DNA of 64,000 bases from Octopus vulgaris (taxonomy: Eukaryota). This document shows positions 14,145-27,248 of the stretch, in pieces. Below the pieces are notes generated by a model. It was not told where the DNA came from. It saw only the letters and a program-made list of their open reading frames with translations, and made no database searches. Every line of letters starts with the position of its first letter. Position 1 is the first letter of the stretch. The stretch covers positions 31,930,001 through 31,994,000 of the forward strand of contig OX597823.1 in assembly GCA_951406725.2 (NCBI GenBank), in the 5' to 3' direction. The translations under genes were made by a program, and so were the position numbers.

Positions 14145-15153
14145 CGCATGCGTGTGTGTGTGTACACGCATGCATGTGTGTGTGTACACTATATATATAT
14201 ATATATATATCATCAGCATCATCATCGTTTAATGTCCACTTTCCATGCTGGTATGAGTTGGACGGTTTGACTGAGGACTGGTGAGCCAGAAGGCTACACC
14301 AGGCTCAATCTGATCTGGCAAAATTTCAACAGCTGGATGCCCTTCCTAGCACCAACCACTCTGAGAGTGTAGTGGATGCTTTTACTTGACACTGGCATGA
14401 GGGCCAGTCAGGCAGTTCTGGCAACGGCCATACTCAAAAGGTGTTTTTTATGTGCTACCTGCACAGGAGCCAGTCCGAAGGCACTGGCAACCTCCACACT
14501 CGAATGATGTTTTTCACGTGCCACCAGCACGGGAGCCAATCTGTGGCCCTGGCTTCGATCATGCTCGGATGTGCTTTTAACGTTGCTCAGATGTGCTTTT
14601 AGTTGTAGTGTGTGATCTTATCCAGGCAGATGTTTGTGTCACATCTACTTAATACTACAGAACTACAACTAAGCACAGAATGTTCAGTTATTATTTAAAT
14701 AGTTTCTCCTGGGATTTCGTACAGGGGTTAGCTGTTAGCTTCATAGAATACTGTTAAGTCTTCATTATCCTTGCTGGTATGTTAAACTGTTGTGTGTCCA
14801 AATTTGGCCAAATGCGTTTTTTTTTTTTTTTTTCAATATCTAATTTTGCTTGCAATCGCTGGGTCTTTTGGTCAAACTATCATATCTCCAGCTGCTTCAG
14901 ATGAGAATTGTCAAAGTGTAGTGCAACAGTTTAGCATTTTTCAAAAGTGTAGTAAGTCCCATATACAACAGTTTTGCAGAAATATTGCTGACTAAAAATA
15001 TCATACATGCATGGAATTATGATTTTAAGCACCCAACAAAGTATTGCTAAGTTGAAACTGTTGCTAATGTAAAAGGAAATGGAATGGTGAAACTATTTTT
15101 TCGTTTCTTGAAAAAACAAATATTTTGGACTTTTTACACTTTTGCATAATAGT

Positions 15154-15193
<40 letters not shown>

Positions 15194-16323
15194 ATCTGTG
15201 TGTATGTATGTGTATGTGTGTATGCATATTTATCTTGATATTATTGAAAAAATGAAAGGGAGTAGCAAGGTTTAATATTGTGTTGTAATATTGGTGAGCT
15301 TAAAGGTGGCGAGCTGGCAGAAACGTTGCATACTGGGGTCAAACTAATTGGCTGGTCCCCTCCCCCAAAATTTTTGGCCTGTGCCAAGAATAGAAAGGAA
15401 TGGTTAAAGGCTGCAAGCTGGCAGAAATGTTAGCATGCCAAGCGAAATGCTTGGCAGCTTTTCATCTGTCTTTACGTTCTGAGTTCAAATTCCACCAATG
15501 TCAACTTTGCCTTTCATCCTTTCAAGGTTCAATAAATTAAGTACCAGATGCATACTGGGGTCGATCTAATTGATTGGCCCCATCCCCTCCCAAAAAATTT
15601 TGGGCCTTGTGCCTAGAGAAGAAAAGAATATTGTTAAGTTTAGTTGGAGTGGTGAGTTGTAATGGATGTAAATGTTGGTGTTGTAGTATGTAAAAGTATA
15701 ATGGTATGCTACAGTTAATGTTGTAGTTGTACTGTGACCTAATGTTATTGTAGTGCACTGGTGCATTGTAGTGAGTTTGTGTTGTTGTAAGGTTATAGTA
15801 TGCTGTGAAACAGTGTTGCAGTAGTGCTGCAGTATGTTACTGCAGTGTACTTGTCTTGTTGTAGAAGTGTGCTTGTGTGTTGTAATGTACTCATGGTGTT
15901 GTTGTAGTATACAGTTGTTGTTGTTGTAGCCTAATGGTATATCATCGCCATTGTTGTTGTTATTGTTGTAGTTGTTGTGACACTGCCATAAGTTTCCCTC
16001 TCTCTATTTTCTGCTGACAGGAAGTGTTACAAGCCTATCTCCAACAGTATCCAGACAGCGCCATAGCTTTAAATTTGAAGGCCTGCAACCATTTCAGACT
16101 CTATGATGGCAAGGCTGCTGAGGTATGGTTCCATCTCTATCTCTACACAATTTCTCATGCACTGCATACAAACCACAACATCACCAGAACATCATGTCAC
16201 ATGTACCATTGTGGCAGACCACTTCATGGTTGACTGGCCCACTAATTATTGCGGAAAAACACTTTTACCCGCTGAAAAATGGAAGAGAACAACAAAGTTA
16301 TATATTTGTATATGTATATACAA

Positions 16324-16379
<56 letters not shown>

Positions 16380-19300
16380 GAAATTTGTTACGAAAAGAAA
16401 ATATAAAATACACGTGGAAATGTAAGGGTAAAATATGAAAAATCAACGAAAATGCATATTGCAAATAGAAAAAGGCTATTTATGACAGGTAAGGACAAAT
16501 ATATACATTTAGATTGACTGAGGTAGTAATACAAGTCATAAAAGTCATTATTATGAGATGATTATAAGATGATAATAAAGTAAGAAAACAAAACGAACCA
16601 ATGGTTTACGTAAAGCTATTACCCAATATATATATATATATATATATATATTGGGTTGATGTATAATTATTGTGGCTTTTTTCATCAAATTTTATTCAAC
16701 AAAAACAATAATATTTAACAAAAGCATCTTTAAATGATAGTCTGACCGTCTACCAATCAAATGGGAAGCCATAATTGAAGTAGATAGTGAATATGCTCCA
16801 GAATAATCGTTTAAAGATGTTTTTGTTGAATAAAATTTGTTGAAAAAAATCCACAATAATTATGCACCAACCCAATATATGTTGTAAATGGGAAAAATAA
16901 TAACAATACTAATAGTGAGAGAGACGAAAAAGAAAAAGAAAGACATATCAATGCGTATGCAAGTCTATATGTGCAGTAAACTATAACATAAAGATAAAAA
17001 TAAAAATCTAACGAATGTGTTTAAAGGAATTGTTGAAGTATAATTTTTGGCAACAAAATCTTATGTGGGCCCTGGTGGAGAACCACTGACCTAAAGCATA
17101 TGTATATTGAGATCTGGCACCTGTTATTATTATCACAATGGCTTAGTGAAATCATTATGCACACACACAGACATACCATTTGCAAATATGTTTTGCTGGC
17201 ACGCATTAAGCACCATTCATGTGTGGGTTTTTGCCAGTGCCGCCTGACTGGCTCCCCATGCCGGTGACACATAAAAAGCACCATCTGAATGGGGCTGTGG
17301 CCAATGCCAGTGCCACTTGACTTGCTCCCATGCCAGTGGCACATAAAAAGCACCTACTACACTCTCAGAGTGGTTGGCATTTGGAAGGGCATCCAGTTGT
17401 AGAAGGCTTGCCAGATCAGATTGGAGCCTGGTGCAGCCTCCTGGCTTGCCAATCCTCAGTCAAACCATCCAACCCATGCCAGCATAGAAAACAGACATTA
17501 AACGATGATGATGATGATGATGTTAATGATGATGATGATGATAATTAAATGTTCCCTCTCTTCTAGAACGAACTGAAAAGTCTGCAAGATATGGCATCAC
17601 CAACATTTACCTTCAACCGTGATCTGATAAAACACAACATGGTAAAAGTATTTTGTGTCATTCTATATGAGAGAGAGAAAAATCATTGCTTAAAACTTAA
17701 CAAAATGCATCTCTATGGTACGGTGTGAGTGTGTGTGTGTGTGTGTGGCTTAAAGCACACTGACAAATCTCAAAGTCCATGGATAATAAACTACCACATA
17801 TAATAATACATTACTGTGTTTGTAAATGTGTGTATGTGTGTGTGTGAATAAGGGTAAACGACTGATATCTGCTCAGATTATGATATTTATATATTGATAC
17901 AAGTTGAATCACAGGAGATCAATAAAAAATTAGTTGAGGAATGTTCATAATGGTTGTGATATATGCTGGTATTGTTCCAGAATACATTATTTACATTTGA
18001 CGGATATTTGTCCTCATCTTGTTTGTTGTGAACACGTTTCATCTGATATACCCTCCAGCGTTCATCAGGTGTCCTGGGGAAATTTCAAACCTGGTTTCTC
18101 ATTCTAAGGTATTTTTCAATGTTATTATTATTATTCAGGTCACTGCTTGGAATCGAACTCGGAATCTTGAGATTATTTGCAGCGACCTGAATAATAATAA
18201 TAAGAACAATAATAATGATGATGATAACATTGAAAAATACCTTAGGAATGAGAACCCAGGTTCGAAATTTCCCCAAGACACTTGATGAAGGCTGGAGGGT
18301 ATATCAGGCAAAACGTTGTGTTAACAACTAACAAGATGAGGACAAATATCCATCAAATGTAAATAATGTACATAATTCCTTATCTCTTAGATATAGAAAT
18401 GTAGTTCCAGAATAGTTATAAGGTATTATAAATAGTCAATTAAGGCAGATCATCATAGGATAAAACCCAAAGCTGGATGAAAAAGGAAAGAAGATGTGTA
18501 GGTAGAACCTTACAGCTGTTTCAAGAATTGATGCACAGTTGGTGCAATCACCGGCAACCAGCATTTTAGGGGTAGTTTAAGATAGAATATACTGCCACTA
18601 AAATACCGGTTGCAGACTGCTTGCTGGTAATTGCACTAACAGCACACCAATTCTTGAAACAGCTGTAAGGGTCTACCTACACACTTCCTTCTCGTTCAAC
18701 TTTGGATTTTATCCTATGATGGTCTGTCTTAACCTATTATCTTAACCTATAATACCTTATAACTATTCTGCAACTATTCCAGCATATACCACAACCATTA
18801 TGAACATTCCTCAACCAATCTTTTATTGATCTCGTGTGATTTAATTCCTGGAACATTCTTTTCTGCCTTCAAGTTGCATCAATATATGTCATAATCTCAT
18901 TATTTGAATTGTATGTACCTCCTCATCACTGGACTATCATCTCTTTGGCCCCATGAAAGAGGGTTTCAGAGGCAAACATTATTCCAGTGACAAGGAAGTG
19001 AAAACTGTAGTGAAGAAGTGGCTCAAAAAACAGTCAACAGAATTTTATGGGGCAGGGATACATGCTCTCATTCGAAGGTGGAACATTGCTGTTGAGAGAA
19101 ACGGTGACTATGTTGAGAAGTAGAGATGTGATCGACAGAGGACCAGCTTCATTTTGATGTATGATACATGTTCCTGTGTTGGTAATTATACCTGTCCTAA
19201 ACAAAATGGCATTACTTTTTGACTCACCCTTGTACAAGGTATTAAATGTCTACATTGTAACACTGTGACTTCATACTGTCTAGTCAGTATTTACTGACAT

Positions 19301-22300
19301 ATCTTATATTGTGACATCACAGTGTTATAGTGATTTATGTTTATGTTGTGATACGTTATATGATATGTCAGTATATTAATGATACATATTTGCTTTGTGA
19401 TATTGATACATCATACCGTATCATAGTGTAATCATAGTGACATATATCTGCACAGTGATACTGCTACATGTGTTTGTGTGTGTGTGTGTGTATACACATG
19501 TATATAATAGTATAAGGATAAACGACCGATATTTGTGTGGTCAATAATAACTGACCTAAATCTAGATTTATATGTGGACCATTCTATGTGTATCTACAAA
19601 GTTCTGTGTAATGCATCTGTTGTGTTTCATGGTCAGTGTATATCTATTTACCCTCGTATTTGTCTACATTATCAAGGTGGTGTTTCAAGGTGGTGACGGA
19701 GCCCTACAAGTGTTACCTCCTCTTGTTGATGTCATACCAGAGGCAAGATTAAACCTGGTCATATACTACCTGAAACAAGGTAAGCACTACTTCTACTGTA
19801 GCCTCAAATTGACCAATACTTTAGGAATAGAATTTAGCTACACAGAAACTGTGCAGAAGCCTGTCATACACACACACAGAGTATTTGGTAGCATATTCTA
19901 TGCTATTGTTAGTTGTTTTAGGTATCAAATATATTCATTCATTCATTCGTTCGTTCATTCATCTTATGTCTATTTTTCCATGCTTGCATGGGTCCGACAA
20001 ATATCTTCTTTGGAGCATTGTTCTGTTGTCCATGCTACCCTAAACAAACTAATGCCTATCTGTTTTCCAAGTAAGGTTTATCTTATTCCACATAGATTTA
20101 AAGGCTTGAAATGACCAGACAGTTTGTTGGCAGAACTGAGAACTCTGCTGCTGTAACTTTTGTGCAACAAATTGCAGTTGCAGATATAAACAAGCACACA
20201 AATACATGTACACACACACACACACATACATGTGCATACATGTATATATATTTTCTTCTAATTTCCATCAACCAACTCCACTCAAAAAGTAGAACATACT
20301 CAAAGTCCACCCCGCTCTATCTTCTCACATGCCTTTCTACATATATTTGTAATCTTCTTCTGCCTCTGAACTGGACACCTTGCTTCCCTCAAATAAGTGC
20401 CATTCTTTTTCTCACTATCTCAACCAATAATTCTATAGCTTTCATCCCTAAACTTTAACAAACTCAACACAATAGAACCCCATTCATATAGTATCTACCC
20501 AAACCTTCCATTCATCTTCCTACTCCCCACCACAATTACTATTCCCTTACTAGCCTCATTATTAACCCCTCCCTCTTCTTGAACTATCTTTTCTCCTCTC
20601 ACCATTCCCTGTCTTAATATCCCCCACTCCCCACTCTAATACACTTAGCTCTCCACATTTAATCGTTCCATCATTTTACTTCTCTGCATAAAGATTTTAC
20701 ATTAAGAAATGTAAGATCTTCTCTACCCTGAAAAACCACGGCTAATCTCATCCTATGTTAAATGCATCAATGAGAGTGGTCATTGCCAGTGCCACCAGAC
20801 TGGCTCCCATGCAGGTGGTACGTAAAAAACACCTTTTGAGTGTGGTTGATGCCAGAACTGCCTGACTGGCACTCATGCACGTAAAAAGCACCCACTACAC
20901 TCTCGGAGAGGTTGGCGTTAGGAAGGGCATCCAGATTAGATTGAGCCTGGTGCAGCCTTCTGGCTCACCAGTCCTCAGTCAAACTGTCCAACCCATGCCA
21001 GCATGGAAAGCGGACGTTAAACGACAACAATGATGATGATGGACTAAATCTACCAATATTATTATGGATCACCAAGTCCCCTAGAAATAGCTGTTGGACT
21101 TATGATAGCTTTCTTCCACCCCTTCAAATTTTTGTCATATGTACGCTCGAAAATGGTGTTTTTTACGTGCCACCTACACAGGAGTCAGTCCAGCGGCACT
21201 GGCAACGACCTCACTTGAATGTTTTGTTCACGTGCCACTAAGGCGACGCTGGTAACGATCATGCTCAAATGCTGCTTTTTATGTGCCCACTGGCATGGAA
21301 GCCAGACAGCTGCTCTGGCAGTGATCCCGCTTGGATGGAGCTGTTAGCACTCCACTGGCACAAGTGCCAGTCATCGAATTTGGTTCAATTTCGATTTCTT
21401 TTGCCCCAACATGTCTTCACAAGCAGAGTTTAGTGTCCAATGAAGGGAGGTTGGCATGGGTGCCAGTCGTCGAATTTGGTTGTTCGATTTCGAATTCAAT
21501 TTCAATTTCACTTGCCTCAACAGGTCTTTGCAAGCAGAGTTTTATGTCCAATGAAGGAAAGGTATGCATAAGTGGGCTGGCTACATCCTGGTAAAGGCCA
21601 TGGGTTATGGTCTCACTTGTCCTGCCAGGTCTTCTCACGCACAGCATAATTCCAAAGGTCTCGGTCACTGGTCATTGCCTCGGTGAGGCCTAATGTTCGA
21701 AGGTCGTGCTTCACCACCTCATCCCAGGTTTTCCTGGGTCTGCCTCTTCCCCAGGTTCCCTCAACCGCTAGGGTGTGGCACTTTTTCACACAGCTATCTT
21801 CATCCATTCTTGCCACATGACCATATCAGCGCAATCGTCTCTCTTGCACACCACAACTGATGCTTCTTAGGTCCAACTTTTCTCTCAAGGTACTTACATT
21901 CTGTCGAGTAAGTACACTAACATTACACATCCATCAAAGCATACTGGCTTCATTCCTTGCAAGCTTACGCATGTCCTCAGCAGTCACAGCCCATGTTTCA
22001 CTGCCATGTAGCATGGCTGTTCGTATACATGCATCATACAGTCTGCCTTTTACTCTGAGCAAGAGGCCCTTTGTCACCAGCAGAGGTAAGAGCTCTCTGA
22101 ACTTTGCCCAGGCTATTCTTATTCTAGTAGTTACACTTTCTGCACACCCGCCCCCACTACTGACTTGGTTACCTAGGTAATGGAAGCTATCAACTACTTC
22201 TAGTTTTTCTCCCTGGAATATGGTGAAAGTTGTTCTCTGCACACTTTCAGTGTTTATTGCTCCTGAGCATCTGCCACATACAAAAACTATCTTCCTAGTT

Positions 22301-23354
22301 AGCCTTCCTTTGACATTGCTACACCTCTTATGTGTCCATAGCTTACACTGGGTACATCTTATAGAGTTTCTACCTACGCCTTTTCTACAGATCAAGCAGG
22401 GCCGTCTACCTGAAGGGATTTGTGGTTTGTCTACTTTTCTACTTATTAGGACTTTGGTTTTAGCTAGGTTGACTCTAAGGCCCTTTGATTCTAATCCTTG
22501 CTTCCACACCTGAAACTTCTCCTCTAGTTCTGATAGTGACTCAGCAATTAGAGCAAGGTCATCAACATAGAGGAGCTCCCAGGGGCATCCTGTCTTGAAT
22601 TCCTCTGTTATTGCCTGTGTCTTGAATTCCTCTGTATATATATATATATATATATAGGGAGAATTCACAAAAAAAAGACAAAAGACGAAGACAGGTGGTG
22701 TAGACAACAAACAGATGTCTTAGTTTAGCACTCAGGAAATGAAAAAGTCTTTAACGTTTCAAGCCTACGCTCTTCCACAGAAAGGAACACAGAAAGAAAC
22801 AAGCAGAATGAATAAAGAATGTGTAGTGGCTAGCGATCTATCATGGCTGAGTTCCTTTTGAGTGTTGGGCCTCACAGAGGCAATGACTGAGACCTTTGGC
22901 ATTATGTTGTGATCGAGAAGAAGACCCATTAAGCCAAGCAAAAGCACATTCATGGCAGATACTGGTGTCACATAAAAGCACCCATTACACTCTGTAAAGT
23001 GGTTGGTGTTAGGAAGGACATTCAGCCATAGAAAACCATGCCAAATCAGACTGGAGTCTGGTGCAGCCTTCCAGCTTACCAGTCCTGGTCAAACTGTCCG
23101 ACCCATGTCAGCATGAACAATGGATGTTAAATGAGGATGATGTATGTATGTACATGCATATATATATCTCTTTCTCTCTTTTACTTGTTTCAGTCATTTG
23201 ACTGCAGCCATGCTGGAGCACCGCCTTTAGTCGAGCAAATCGACCCCAGGACTTATTCTATCGGTCTCTTTTGCCGAACCGCTAAGTGACGGGGACGTAA
23301 ACACACCAGCATCGGTTGTCAAGCAATGCTAGGGGGACAAACACAGACACACAA

Positions 23355-23385
<31 letters not shown>

Positions 23386-26300
23386 CATATATACAACAGG
23401 CTTCTTTCAGTTTCCGTCTACCAAATCCACTCACAAGGCATTGGTCGGCCCGGGGCTATAGCAGAAGACACTTGCCCAAGATGCCACGCAGTGGAACTGA
23501 ACCCGGAACCATGTGGTTGGTTAGCAAGCTACTTACCACACAACCACTGCATATATATATATGATCAAAAACTTTTTTTTTCTGTTTCTATTCCCTTCTT
23601 AGATGATATTACTGAGGCATATGCCCTGATTAAAGATGTTGAACCTTGTACACCCCAAGAATATATTTTAAAAGGGGTTGTGAATGCAGCTCTTGGACAG
23701 GAACAAGGAACAGTAAGTAAAAGAGAACCCACCTTCATTCTTTCTCTCTCTATCCATCCTGTCTTGTCTGTTTCTCTCTCTCTCTCTCTGTATATGACAT
23801 ACATGTATGTATATTCATAAAGTTTCTCTGTTGTTCTGTGTTTCTGTTAGTTCTTTAATGGAAGTCCAGTGAATATTTTCTGGAAGTCATCAGCTAGTGA
23901 ATATGGAAGGAAAAGAATGAACAGGTAGTGTTCACAGGTGAATGTAGAGTAATTCAAAGAAAAAATGCAGCAGGGCGTAGTAAATAAGTAAATTTTATAG
24001 AGTGGGTAATAGAATGTGTCTTTGTGTTTTATTCCCCTAGCATCATTTGACAACCAGTGTTGGTTTGTTTATGTCCCCCCGTAACTTAGTGGTTTGACAA
24101 AAGAGACCTATAGAATAAGTGCTAGACTTTAAAAAAAGTTCTGGAGTTAACTTGTTCAACTAAGCCCTTCAAAGCAGAGCCCCAGCATGGCCACAGTGCA
24201 ATGATTGAAGCAAATAAAAGATAAAAAATGTTTACTCTTGATGTGACTGATTAATGACTTATCCTGGATTAAAGGCTGTTGGTCTCTGATTCACTTAAGA
24301 ATTTTGAAAATAAGATTATACATTGATTGTTTTATAAAGGTGGCACAGATGAGAAGATTTATTGGATGATGTGGTCTGGTGGCACTACATACTCATAGAT
24401 TGTGAGTTCTAATCTACTGCTGGTATTCTGTTTGTCTTTCTAAAGCAGAACAGTTTATTCTATATTACATCAGGTCATTATAGCTGTCAATAAGAATTAG
24501 CAGCACCCAGATTGTTTGGGATTATTACTAGATGTCCCTATCAAGGTGAACTTTTTGTTGGGGTGGGAAAAATACTTTATTATATGTTATCTCAATCACA
24601 TGGAATAGTTATCAGATTACTTGGGTATGTGAGAGTGAAGGCGCATGGCTTAGTGGTTAGAGCGTTGAGCTTACAATCATAAGGTTGTGAGTTTGATTCC
24701 CGGAATGGGCTGCGTGTTGTGTTCTTGAACAAGACACTTTATTTCACGTTGCTCCAGTCCACTCAGCTGTAGAAATGAGTTGTGACGTCACTGGTGCCAA
24801 GCTGTATCGGCCTTTGCCTTTCCCTTGGATAACACTGGTGGCATGGAGAGGGGAGACTGGTATGCATGGGCAACTGCTGGTCTTCCATAAACAACCTTGC
24901 CCGGACTTGTGCCTGAGAGGATAATTTTCTAGGTGCAATCCCATGGTCATTCTACCTGTAAGAGGAGAAGATTTTCCATCTACTTCACATCAAGGAACCA
25001 AAGTTAAAAACCAATCCTTAACACACAAAGCACGATGTGCCCTGATTGTAGCCATCAGGCACAGGTCTACAGGCCACGATTGTGGCCCAGATAGATGCAT
25101 TTAATTTATGGGTATTTGTTGAAATGTCTATCAAGAGATAGTTCAACTAATGACTTTTTCAGATGATCTAAAATTTGCCATCATTAAATACTAAGAAGAT
25201 ATTTTAACTATTTTTTGTTTTTTATGTGTGCAGAGTAGTCTCATTTTCATAAAATGTGCTCAGCAGTCCATGCTATGTAAGTGCAAATCCCAGAGCTTTA
25301 GAGGTTAAAAGCTATGTAGAGATTAAGGGAGATTTATATTTTATCAAGTTGGATTAATTACCATGTCCTTACTTATTACTATCATTGTTGCTGTTGTTGT
25401 TACAGAGAGAACATCTGAAGATAGCACAGCAATATTTCCAGTTGGTTGGTGGTTCAGCTAGTGAATGTGGTAAGTTAATTGTTATTGCACCACATGTGGT
25501 GGCTTCATACATGTGTCAATGTCACATGTATCTGTTCACCACGTTGTCTACTTATTACATTCATCTCCCCACAACACGTGTTATCTGTGTGTCACATGAG
25601 TCTCCCTGCTGCATGCAGCTATTCATAAATAAATATCCAATAAATAAGAAACAAGCAAAATATAGCCTCAGGGCCTAAAAAGACATGGAGGCTGTATTCT
25701 GTTTGTTTCTTATTTATTTCATCTTTCTCCATGTTTGTCTGTACCTGTAGAATTTATCTCTCCACCACCCTACCGTAGTAGTGGCAGGCTAAGGATTTTT
25801 GCAAGTTGTCCATCATTCCCAGCATCCTGAAAATCCTTCAGAAGAGGCAATTCATTGTGTATTCAAGGACACCAAGAAGTGCTCCCAAGCCTAATCGGAA
25901 GGCTGATGCAGACCCTCATATAAACTAGATGGCGGGGGTGGTGGTGCAATATTTGGTTTGCTATTTGCCACAGGGTCTGACAAATGGAAGATATTTCATA
26001 GACTGATAACAAAAACAGCTGGAGGGCTTTTATAGAGTGGTGGTCATGGTGGGGAAAAAACTGAAAAAAATTATTTTACAAAGTAATAAGTCTAATTTTC
26101 TGTTGTGTCTGGGGAGAGTCCACAAGAACTCATATAAAAAATCTTGCAAACCAAATCCAAAAACGAAATTCTGATTTTGATGTCCACAAAGTCAATGTAG
26201 GTCTTTTTCTACTATTACAACTACTGCGACGACTACTACTGCTGCTGCTACTACTACTACTATTACTACTCCTATTGCAGATACCATTCCAGGACGTCAA

Positions 26301-26791
26301 TGCATGGCTTCATGTTTCTTTTTATTGAAACAGTTCCAAGATGTTCTCCTCTACTTGAATTCCATTAAGGTGAGTTTTATCTTCTTTACCATGGCCCCTT
26401 TTTCCCCACATTTTTAAATATGGATGTTATATACAGTTCTATATTTTTGAGATGAGGAATTATGTACATTATTTACATTATTTACATTTGACGGATATTT
26501 GTCCTTATCTTGTTTGTTGTTAACACAGCATTTCAGCTGATGTACTCTCCAGCCTTCATCAGATGTCTTGGGGGAATTTCTAACCTGGATTTTCATTCCT
26601 AAAGTATTTTTCGTTGTTGTTGTTGCTGTTGCTGCTGTTCTTGTTGTCGTTCAGGTCACTGCCTGAAATCGAACTTGGAATCTTCGGGTTAGTAACCCTT
26701 GTTCTTAATGACTACGCCATATGCCCATGGCATAGTGGTTAAGAGTGCGGGCTACTAACTCCAAGATTACAAGTTCGATTCCAGCCAGTGA

Positions 26792-26846
<55 letters not shown>

Positions 26847-27208
26847 CTGGAAAAATACCTTAGGAATGAGAACCCAGGTTCAAAATTTCCCCAAGACACT
26901 TAATGAAGTCTGGAGGGTATATCAGCTGAAACATGTTAGCAACAAACAAGATGAGGACAAATATCCATCAAATGTAAATAATGTAAATAATGGATGTTAT
27001 ATGTTGGGCACTTTGACGTATTCTCTGCTGTGCATCACTATATACATAGGTGCAGGCATGGCTGTGTGGTAAGAAGTTTACTTCCCAACCACAGGGTTTC
27101 AGGTTCAGTCCTGCTGGGTGGCACCTTGGACAAATGTCTTCTAATATAACCCTAGGTCAACCAGAGCCTTTTGACTGGATTTGGTAGAGAGAAACTGAAA
27201 CATGCCTG

Positions 27209-27248
<40 letters not shown>

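Noticed and set aside
15640-15985. GT-rich degenerate stretch before exon 7 (similar low-complexity at 19250-19470)
   Set aside because: Decayed simple repeats with no consistent unit or ORF
21934-22710. 258-aa ORF as a host gene
   Set aside because: RTE LINE reverse-transcriptase fragment; the N-terminus runs through (TA)n and an unrelated repeat
22741-22800. Minus-strand GGAAGAGCGTAGGCTTGAAACGTTA as another hammerhead
   Set aside because: Lacks the CUGANGA box; at most a degenerate relative
26727-26795. tRNA-like sequences here and at 29190-29260 and 45310-45380 as functional tRNA genes
   Set aside because: Mutated, no clean acceptor stem, embedded in repeated TSD-flanked elements; treated as element-borne tRNA-derived heads
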